Shown here piece after piece: positions 25,701-36,600 of a stretch of 64,000 nt of DNA. Under the pieces are notes generated by a model that saw only the letters and a program-made list of their open reading frames with translations, was not told the DNA's origin and did no database searches. The translations under genes and the position numbers were made by a program. The DNA comes from Balanoglossus misakiensis (taxonomy: Eukaryota; Animalia; Hemichordata), in NCBI GenBank assembly GCA_040954595.2, contig CM082577.2, positions 17,563,500 to 17,627,499 on the forward strand, read 5' to 3'. Position 1 is the stretch's first letter, and every line of letters begins with the position of its first letter.

Positions 25701-28700
25701 TGTACCTTGTACCCACTGGGAAGTCTTTAAATTACTTTACTTTCTTCTGTTTGATTCTGCATCAGTATTATTAGTATGTGCATTTGAAGAGCATGCAGTA
25801 TGCAGGCTAACTCTAAAATGCTGCAGTTTTGATTAACAGAGGATGTAGATTCATTTGAAAAGAGAATAACCAGTACTTGAAAACATAGTAGTATTTAATA
25901 GGATGACATACTGATATCAATATAGAGATCACTGCAGTATGAAAGAAAACTTACATCACTTAGAAACACATCATCATCCTTTTTGATGTGAGTTTAAAGT
26001 GACATGAAACAAAAAAACAATATAGCACATGAACTAAACAACCATAACAACAACAACAATTAACATGAAGACACACATGCACATTACATAAAGGTCTTAC
26101 AAATTTGAAAATACGCAGGTGAGTCTGTTGATGCAACCGTTGATGGTGCTTGAAACAATAACAGGCAAATGGTGAATGAAAGCTAAGCCCATCTACACAT
26201 AAATCATGTGATCAGTTGATATCTTTTGGGCGAAATTTAGCATGTGGCCAAGTTTGTATTATTTTTGTCTATATTCACTTCATTCTTATCAATCAAATGT
26301 GCAGGAGTGGCATTTGTCTGGGCAATGTTCTCATTTGCTTGTTGATGTGAATCTGAGATTGATAAAACATGACTCTTATGTAATGTTAATTACAATTTCT
26401 TGCCATCAAGCATTAATGACATTCATGTAACTGTACTCTTTTGCCAATAAATACAATAACAATGGTTTGATAATCAAATAGTTCCTTCATTCCAACTGGG
26501 AGAGAAACATTAATGAAAGACATACACACAGATAAAACACAATTTGATAAATTACACTGTCTATTGTTACCAAGTGAATACCTATAAAATGACCATAGAA
26601 ATCTTTTTGTAGAAAATGGAATGCATATCTAATGATTTGAGTATTACCTCTTCTTCATCACTACTAACAGAAGGAAAAGATCTTGCAGAGACATTGGAAC
26701 CAGTACGTCTATGATGAGGCAGAAATGAAAACTACAAGCAGAGAAGCAAGAATTGAGCACATTATACTATAGCTAGAATTTGTTAGTACCAGAAGAATGT
26801 TACAATGTGAATAATCCTCTGTGTCTTCCAAGCCAAGACTCTTAAATATGGATGTGTTGAGGTACATGTACTGGTGCATGTGGTGTGGGAGTAGACATAA
26901 TCTGATATTTAGTTACTGGAAGTAGAGTACACATACATGATCATTATAAAGAGATGGAAAGTTTAACGTTACTGCTAATTTGCGGCTTTCAAAAAGCTGG
27001 ATTTGTGCATGCCAAATAAAACTATCATGATTTGGCAGCAGGTTCAAAAACAATAACTATAAATGGTTAGCATTGTTAACAAAAGTCTGCGTTGATATTA
27101 ACTTGGCAAATGAATAGATTTTAGCACACTGTCTCTCTAGTTGATGGGGTTAAATTAAACTTTGTGCTACTGAATGTTGTATATATCCATTGTGAAACTG
27201 TAAGGGTTATTTTCTCATATTTTCAATAGTTTTGTTTATCAAATACATCCCAATACCAAGTTTTCTGCTTGTCATCAAGTCAAATGTCATGTGTATGACA
27301 TGTACCGATTATTGTTATTGTTGACAAATGCATTCACATAAATATAGCTTTCAAATAACAATGTTGAGTGCACACACATGGGCTATGTTTAGAAAACTAA
27401 TAATACACATTTAACCATGCCTCAGGGAGCTTACTTAGAAACCATGGTTGATGCAAAGAATAAACATACTAATCTAGATAGAGTATCTGCAAATTCTTCA
27501 AAGCAATGATACCTTTTCATCATGGCAATCCAATCCAAGTTCACTATCATAGGATACATTTGAAGCACTGCGGTCACGACTAGAAGGTGACATTGGTGCT
27601 AACAGATTATCACCTGTAATGACAAAGCAAAACAATCATTTTACAATTTGTACAGTATCTTAAAGACACACACTAGAAACAGTGAGGAAGTGTGTGGATT
27701 GTGGGTGTTCAGTTTACATGCTTTGTTTTTAATCACAGTGCCTGGTGGACAGGGAAACATATAGTTGTGGTGCAAATCTTTGAAAAGGAAATTATAATAT
27801 GCTTGGACTAAAATCCAGCTCCCTGAGTGGCTTGAGCCGGGGTTTCTTATTATATAGTACCCTCAACAAGTAAACCTTGACCCTGGGCAGTGTACAATTA
27901 AAAAATAACCAAAATAGAACACATAGAAGAGAACGCACCTGAAAAGAACACACTTTATGAATTCTACTGGTGGTGGCATAAAATCACGCGACATAAAAAA
28001 ATTCTAGAACATTTGCATGAGCTCATCTGACATGTTTTGGAACAGTCAGGGATGTGGCCCTTCAACTGGCATGATTTATTCCCACTCAAACAGATTTGAA
28101 ATAATGAAATTGACAGTTTAAAGGGGCATTATTTAGATCAAAATAAAAACTTTTGAAATCACTATCATAATAGTGTTTCATCTAGAGGGGGCAACAGGGT
28201 GATTTCTCCTCTGTTGACCTGGTGGCACCCTCTAGAATTGGCAAAGGGGCGACCGGCGCCGCCGCAAAATGATTTTATAGTAATACATTACACTTACAGT
28301 CCCCCCTTGCCAAATTTTCTGGCAAGGGAGGGGAGGGGAGAATCCACCCAGCTGATGCTATCCCAGATGTCACTGCTCTGCCAACTGGTGATTTTGAAAG
28401 ACTACTCTTTAGCCTGCTTTACTGTCAAATTTTACTGGGCAGTAACACAGTGATGTAAAATGGGTTTTGACTTTAATCAGAAACAATGACAAAACTGTAA
28501 AAGGAACTGCTACTGTGTGGTGTGTTACATGTTGTTCTGACCTGAAGTGATTGTTGTAACTGGTGGTGATGCAGGTCCAACACCAAATGTTGTTTCCAAG
28601 TGACCCTGAAACAAAACCACATGAAAAATTTATTAACATTTCACCATGAGCAGTAAGATTTGTTACATTTCACATGTGTTCAAACTGCTAAGATGGGTCT

Positions 28701-29076
28701 ACATTTATAAGTATATATTCTGCATATGAGCCATGCTAAGGCGTTCAAAATAGGTTGTGGGAAAGTGGCCAATACGATACCACATTTTAACTACTTGGCA
28801 GTGTGGCTTGTAACACCGCTGGCAGAAAGAGGAGGGTACATGTTTGTATATTTCTATTGAGTTTAGAAACACCCACCATCAACTCAGCAAACTCAGCAAG
28901 TGACCAGCTTGTTTTGACTGATGACCGGCTGTTACATGTATCTACACAATCTTTTGTTATGGCTTTAAGTAAAACACTCAATTTAATTCTTTTTGGCCGG
29001 AAATACTTACATTATTAGTATCACTGTCAATTAATGGGGAAGGCAGATTCTGTGGTGGTTTACTCCTTGAATCCAT
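16710..29076 (-). CDS. TRAF7: E3 ubiquitin ligase TRAF7 (RING, zinc finger, coiled coil, 7 WD40 repeats; spliced, about 670 aa)
   Basis: Coding exons 5'->3': 29076-29011, 28605-28542, 27613-27513, 26731-26648, 25117-25025, 24627-24588, 23572-23389, 22754-22679, 22235-21959, 21657-21616, 20983-20861, 20502-20298, 19737-19698, 19348-19232, 18712-18596, 18364-18245, 17630-17499, 17309-17190, 16721-16710. Splice phases are consistent. [28 protein letters not shown]...CPVD, N-terminal LETTFG...[26 protein letters not shown]40 repeats and a C-terminal STVKVWQ* match TRAF7. Confidence 0.96.
17868..18209. mobile_element. Asymmetric hairpin element in a TRAF7 intron
   Basis: Hairpin 17868-18023 (CCATGTTGACTGGCCATGA...TCATGGCCAGTCAACATGG with further inner stems), followed by a tail of about 185 bp ending GTGTGTTACAATG. 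Confidence 0.6.
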
Positions 29077-29979
29077 GGTCCAATGTCATCCAAAAGTGGA
29101 ATAAAAGGGTCTTGTGATATTATGGCCTTTCAACCCTGTGATACAATTCAAAAAAGTTACCAATTTACTGAAACATCAGGCACTGGGGCGTTCAACTTTC
29201 AAGATGTGACATATGATTTGATCTGTTGACAATCCCTTGTGAAAACTAGCAATACAGTCATAATTACACTTCTTAACATTTTCATTCTTGTTGCTACATG
29301 TACACATATGAATTATACAGTATTGTTAGTACATGTTCCATTCATAAACACAATATCAAAAGATTCGAATCTATCTTCCATTGATTTCATTCTAGCCAGG
29401 AAACAGGTCGAAATTTTTTAGTGTAGTGTTATGAGAAATTTATTACATGTACCTCTACAATACACACCAAGCTTTATTCATTTACAAAGTACTGTCAAGT
29501 ACCATTGAATTGTGTTGACATACAATCACCAGAAGATAATTTATTTTCTCAGTAAGCATGAGGGCCAAACTTTTACCAGCTATTGGGCCAAGAAGCACAA
29601 CCCAAACCATTTGTTTGTATGTTCTGAAGCCAAAGACAAGAAACAGAAGTAGATTTATTTTGGATTTGGTGAAAGACGTAACCTGGCACTTATTTTGCGC
29701 ACAAGGATATAAAAGGAAATGATTAAATGGTCACTGAAGAATTGGAGTTAAAAATAACCACAGAACTTTCCAACTTTTTATGACGTCATCCTATGGCCTT
29801 CAAAGCTAATAAATATGCTGAGTCGAGTGATAGTGCATCACGCCACAAAACAATACCATAAAAAGTACGACTACAACAAGTAGCAATTATGACGGCGGTG
29901 GTCATTTTTGATTAAATATAAGATCATATGTGTTTATTTATGTCAGATTTTCATTGCGTCAGTAAGCATTTCTACTTAC

Positions 29980-30611
29980 GCCAATACACCTGTTACGTTC
30001 TTGTAAACATTCCGAGTGATACAAAACTATCTTGATGGATCAAGACCAGTGCAGTAGACAGTGGTCAATCCACGTCCAAGTCGCAGCAAAATAACTTGTG
30101 TAATGATGATTACAGTGTCTATGAACACGGATTCAAACAGCACTATGTGTATACTGATATGCAAACTTGCTTGTCAACTGACTTCTGTCACAAAACGAGA
30201 GATAAACCACGTTTACACTGTATCAGTATCACTTCGAGCCAGAGTTGACGTTTATCCCGGAAGCTGAGCGTAGGCGTACGAAATCTCGTACTCATAGTAG
30301 TCTCGTCATTGGTGGCGTCTCATGCAGACAGACTAAGAGACAGACTGATTATTTGTTTGCTGTTGTGTTTTATTGATGGTTCGTATTTTCATTGAAATAA
30401 TGATATATATATTTTTTTAAAACAGTGCACGTAGTAGTGAAATAATCCCGATAATGTATGCAACTCGCTATTCCTTTTTTATCCCGAACAGTTTTCTCGC
30501 ACGCTCACGTAATGCAATATCGAATGTTGAGGGCGCTGTACCACCGCCATTTGCAAGACACATGTGGTGATCATCTGCGAATTTGGATCGAAAAACTGCA
30601 GATTGGTCAAA
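29980..30611. promoter_or_regulatory. Bidirectional TRAF7/EIF3D promoter, including a probable non-coding TRAF7 exon 1
   Basis: Minus-strand donor GTAAGT (+ strand ACTTAC ending at 29979) can splice to the acceptor at 29135/29136. The region is CpG-rich, with ETS-like CCGGAAG at about 30257 and YY1-like CCGCCATTT at 30544-30552. The EIF3D ATG is at 30612. Confidence 0.65.
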
Positions 30612-33600
30612 ATGTCGGCCCATTTCATACCCCCGACTATCCAGGACAACGCTCGTGGCTGGGGACCTAGTGAAATTCCCGAACAATTTAAGGATATGCC
30701 TTACCAGCCCTTCTCAAAAGGAGATCGTCTCGGAAAGGTAAGCCGTATGTTAACACGTACGGATATTGGATTGACTGCGCGAGCCCTGTCAATACTCCCG
30801 GGTCAATACTACAGTGTCATCGGGTACGGGTTGCATCACAACCCAAGGTCTATGCATTGAATCGGTTTTTGTGATTAATGGACAAGTAAATCGCAGCCAC
30901 CCTGCGGATTCACTCAGGCTGATATTAAACAGTAGTGCATGTCTATGGCACAGTGGCACGATTACCAGCTTGCAGAAGAATGGCATCTTTCAGAGTCATG
31001 AATGTGCAGACAGCTGAGCAGTATTGCCCCAGAACAAGATGACATCCCTGCATATTTATCATATGTGAAACCTATGGAGAACATAATTAATTAGACACCA
31101 TCTATTCTTGTTTTTGGGAGTACTGAATTGTAATGTACGTGTAAATCATGAATCAAACCTCACTTGAATGAACCAGAGAAATACATCATGTCACCATTCA
31201 TCTCTAGTGCCAACCATCAAGTTGTGTACTTGAATTATGTGAGCCAAGCTGCTTAGCAGTCATACATGTAGTACATGTAAAACACAAAACAAATTCAGAT
31301 CCTGCTGATAACGGGGTTTCTGTGGATCCATAGCCCTGTCACTCTGAGTCCCTCAGCATTTTGTGGTGGGGGAGTGGGAGTGTGTTGTCGTCTGAATGAT
31401 GGAAAGTCTGCTGAGATACATGTATGAGCGATCAAGCATTTCCCTTTGATGAGGCATGACTGCATTTGGAATCTGTTCAATTGATAGAAGCTTTGAAGCA
31501 AATTTTGTCAGAAAAGTTGAACTACAGTCAGTGTACTTGAAACACTGTACCGAGCTGTGTTCTTTGACAAAACCATAAATTTATCAAAACAGGCATGATC
31601 ATGCATTGAACTACATGTAAATTGTTGCACATGTGGTCTGAAACACTGGTATTTTGAACAGAAATCTCTGTGGGGGTATGCAAAAAACTGAAACTCAACA
31701 GAACACTATTCTAAAAAATGCCTTAGTGTATGAGGCAAAGATTTCAACGAGGGATACATTTCTTGTACAAAGAGCTTCTTGGCCTTTTGGCTAAGATCAT
31801 GTGTAGTATCTGTTCTTACATGTATCAGCTTGATCAGCTTAACATGGCACAACAGGGATGTACCAAAACAAGATAATAATATACATGCACACTTGCAAAT
31901 GTACAATAACAGTGATATATTGTAGGTATGCATCGCTGAATTTAAAAATTTTAAATCTTCCCACTTTTTGTGTTTCTTGTTATAAATATAGGTTTCTGAT
32001 TGGACAGGAACCACTTACCAGGACAAACGATATTTGGGTAAGTGCATGTTAATATCCCACTGCCCCTTCGTGTTTTGTCTGGTGTTTCTGTACATGTCTC
32101 AAAAATTTGGATAATTGGTGAAATGAAAATTCGTATTGGTTGTTGGCGTGCAGGCTATTCAATGTTCATATTTTTCAATAATATCAATAAATATTCCAGA
32201 GATTGTACAAATGAAACACTTGTACAATGTATATCATCATGTGTACAAAATGTCAGTTTGAGTTCAATGTATCTGTAGCTCAATTTTCTGTATCTTCTTC
32301 AACAGGAAAATACAATTCCCAGTTTGGTTCAGGAACTCAGTATGCATATTACCACGACGAAGATGAAACCACCTTTCAGCTTGTAGATACAACTAAGATT
32401 CAAAAACCATTGTATCAAAGAAACAGATTCAGAATGAATCAGGTGAGTTTTTCCAGGTAGAAGTCTCCTGGATAAAATGATGCAGCATGTACGTGTGTTC
32501 CTTAGCCACCACACAAAATGTGCAAATCAGCTTTTAGGTTTTAAATGAGTTGTGCTAGTGTAGTCAGCTCTCACTGATACTATGAGGTTATTACGAAAAT
32601 ACCGCAAAGTATGCACGAGGACATTAGCGCCCAGTATCTATGCGCTGCGCTAATGTCCGAGTGCATACTTTGCGGTATTTTCGTAATAACCTTATTATTA
32701 TACATCTTGCATCTCCGTTAGTTCTTGTGTTGCATGTTACTTGGCTTTCAAAACGCCCAAAATGCCGATACAATCGATCGAAAACTGCTCAGTTGACTCA
32801 GTGAGCAGCCATCTTTCTTTTTTGTTTATGTGCGCTGGAGTGGGGGTGTCTTGAAACCGTCCGCATAACAGCGCATACCTGTACACAGTGAGTTGGGGCG
32901 CCTTGAAACTTAAGACTTATTTAACACGCGTTCCGTACATACCGTTCCGTACGGCTTTTTTAGTGCACGCTAAATTCTATTGTTCTCGGTGCCAGATGTA
33001 TAATAATATTGAGTATTGGGAGATTACAAACATGCCATAAAAGGTCATGTTTAATATTCATATCATTTTTTTGTGCTATTTGCAGCGTAATATCAGGCGG
33101 GACCGTGAAAGAAGAGAACAGAGAGCTAATGCAGGAATGCAGACTCTGACCAAAGCACAGAAAGAAAGACAGCGTCAAATGAGAAGACTTCAGAAGCAGT
33201 TTGGTAACAAGAATAAGTGGACAGACAACAGATTTCAGGTATGTACAGTTCAGTGTGTGCAAAGTCTACCTTCAGTGTTCTCAAAGTTTAAATGGTTGGT
33301 TAATTTGCATAATTTATGCATAAATACTAAAAAGGACCATCTTGTTTTTATTAGTGGGATGTACTACACACTTGCACTTTGCCGTACAGTGTATATTTGT
33401 AAAAAAAAAGAACAATATAAAGTACAAATCTTGGAATCCTGAACCATGAAAAACAAAAGTTGGTGGTCCACCCATTAAAAACCTGCCGAGAAAACACTGA
33501 CCTTGATACCAGCTAAATGACTGCAGGAAAATAGTTCAACTGACAAAAAACATTTCTTGTATTCTTACCGTTAGCCCATAAATTTATTCCAATTGAACCA

Positions 33601-36600
33601 GCTACATGTCATCATCAAATAGACACAGTGGTTGTCCTGAATATATGGCACACAAAGTTTTTCTTCCAAAATGGTCATGTTTTAGCATGAAATTTTCTAT
33701 GAATACTGTTGCATTTAATTCTACATTTAGAGAGGTCCAGTGAAGAACCGTGAGGCATCTGTAGAAGTAAAACCAACCTGGAAAGTCGTTGAAGAAATGG
33801 ATTTTCCAAGGCTTAGTAAATTGAAATTCATGGATGTTAAGGACCCTGAAGACCTGTAAGTTGATGAACTTATTTGTCAAATCTGAGTAAATAGTGATAC
33901 TTATCAGCCACATTCATCTGTAAAGTGTTAAGCCAAGAATGTATTGTATGGTTCCAATAACATGCTTTTAAAAAAATAGGGTACATGAAGGCAGGTTTGG
34001 GAATTTTCATGGTAACAATAAACATGATAAACATTTCATCTGAGGCGCAAAACATGCATGAATACTGTCGCCTCTCTGTTAAAAAGTTCCACACGCCACA
34101 CCACAACATTTTAAAAGACACCAAATGAATTTCAATTAGATTTTGAATATATATGACCTCATGAATATTAATTAGACAACCACCGCTTTTAGAATGCTTA
34201 GCAGAACCCTGGGTTAGGAAAGGTCCACATATTGATTGCTACACTGTAGTACAGTGGACCCTCGCTAAGTCGCGGGTGGCGAGGTCCATCGGGAAAACGG
34301 TAACCGCGAGTTAGTGAAGGTCGCGACTTAGCGAGGGGCCATGAAAAGGGGGATGAGGGGTATTGACTGAAAACGCGATAACGTACTTCTGTTTATGTAA
34401 CCATTTACATTGTATGTTTATTTTCTTCATTATAGCAAGTCAAGTTAACTAAATTAAGAAATAAAATAAGAAATTATCAAAAATTCATTACATTCAAGGA
34501 AATATACATGTATTGAAAGCTGAACACTGAGTGAAAACTGTTTGATTTCCAAGAAAAACAAGTGTAGATTCAGCATAGCAATGTTCATCGCGACTGGAAA
34601 AACTTGGTGATCGTAGTCTGACGCTGCTTCTTCTTCTGGATGTTTCTGCAACACGCGATAAGTTCCTTTATCTGCAACAACTTCAGGCTATCAACGTCAC
34701 TACTGCCACTGGCTGCTTCGAAAAACGACAGTGCTGCCTCAAGTCCCGCGATTGCTTCTGGTGCTGTTGCCGGTGGCTGGGCGTTTTCCTTGTCGGCCGC
34801 TGGGTCCTCTTCATCATCCGTATCACAGGCTTTGATCGAAGTTGCCTTCACTTGTCTCCATGACTTCCCGGCGATGTAGCACATGTCCATGATGGTGTAC
34901 TTCTTGAGGCTTGAAACCAGCGACGAGTAATCAGGGTCGAGCAACAAATGCATCATCAATTCGCGGCAATAATTTGCTTTAAATGTCCTGATGATGCCTT
35001 GATCCATGGGCTGCAGTAGACTGGTCGTGTTTGCTGGCAGGAACATGGCTCTGATCTTTCCATCTCACGTTCTCAAATGGTCTTCTTGGGGATGAGCAGG
35101 GCACTGATCCAAAAGTAACAGCGCTTTCGTCCGCGAGACATCAAGTGACACCGAACGCTGGGGACAAAATGGTTGAAAAACCACTCCTTGAACAGAAACT
35201 GTGTCCACGCATTTCCCGAAGCCATGTATACTACCGGTAAATTGTCCAGGTTGACGTGGTGAAAACAACGTGGTTTCCGATGATGAGTGGTTTCAGTTTG
35301 TGGTTTCCAGACTTGTTCGCCGTGAACATAGCGGTGATCCGTTGTTTGTTCTGTTTATGGCCGATGTTCTGGGGATTGTTCCATGAAGCTTGGGACTTCG
35401 AGGGCAACAGCTTCCAAAACAAACCTGCCTCGTCGACGTTGTAGACTTATTCATCTGAATATCCTTCGGCATCGATATTGTCTCTCAGTTTATCGGGAAA
35501 AGTTCGCGCGGCTTCGCTGTCGGCTGATCGAGCTTCGCCTTGAATGGACACCTCGCTGATAGCGTGTCTTCGCTGCCAATGCCAGAACCACCCTGCACTG
35601 GCCTCAAACTCAAAATTGTCTCCCCGGAGTTGTTTGGCCAAAATGCGAGCCTTCTCACATATGATCGGGCCAGAAAGTGGAGTCCCTGTCGACCGTTCTT
35701 GTAAAAACCAAACATGTACGGCCTTATCGATGTCCTCGTTGTTGGAAAGTTTCGCCCGTTTTCTGCTCAGCCCCGCCTCCTCGTCGACTTCGAAAACAAA
35801 CTGTCGCAGCTTTTCCTCGGTCTTCATCCACCCTCGGATAGTGGACTCGCCTACACCCAAATCACATGCAACCTTCGCTTTTGCTACGCCGTTCTTGACA
35901 CGCTCGATCGCTGAAAGTTTCTCGCAGACGGAAACGCTGGCCAACTTTCACTTAAACATACTGCTCACTTCGAAACGTGAGGTCAGAATGATACATGTAA
36001 CCATTCTAATTGCTTGGACATTTTATAGTGCTCTTGCAAAGACGTGCCGCCAAGAAATCGTGAAAATTAGCATCACATGTTTAATCAAAGGCACTGTTAA
36101 TTGTTTGGCCGTACTGTCAAAGGCAAACCGCGACACCACTTTATTGCGTACTTTGACAACTCCTGTGATTGACATGTTCGATCATTTTTACATACCGCAA
36201 CACGTTCACACCTTTATTGGCCCTGGTAATGCGCCTCAGTCGATCGGCTGCGCGCAAAGAAATACAAAATTACTGAAACATTTTGAGATGTGGCCGACAA
36301 AGCAAAATGTTGGGGGAAAAACAAAGAAAATAATGGGAGCCATACTGTAACCCGCGACTTATTGAGGCGCGACTTAGCGAGGGTCCACTGTATCAAACAC
36401 AGAAGAAACAGTATAGTTTAAATACATGGCTTTACTGCCCTGGGAGGGGCTGTAATTAAGAACAAAATAACTTCATCAATGAATTGATGTATTTGTCACC
36501 GTAGATTCTTCTGTAATAATGGCTGTAAGTTTAATGCCATATTTATGTTAAAAAACTTCATTGACCAAATGTGTCATCTCTAATGAAAAACGTCTTTGTG

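Noticed and set aside
35544-36350. 268-aa plus-strand ORF
   Set aside because: Antisense shadow of the Tigger transposase with no independent protein features.
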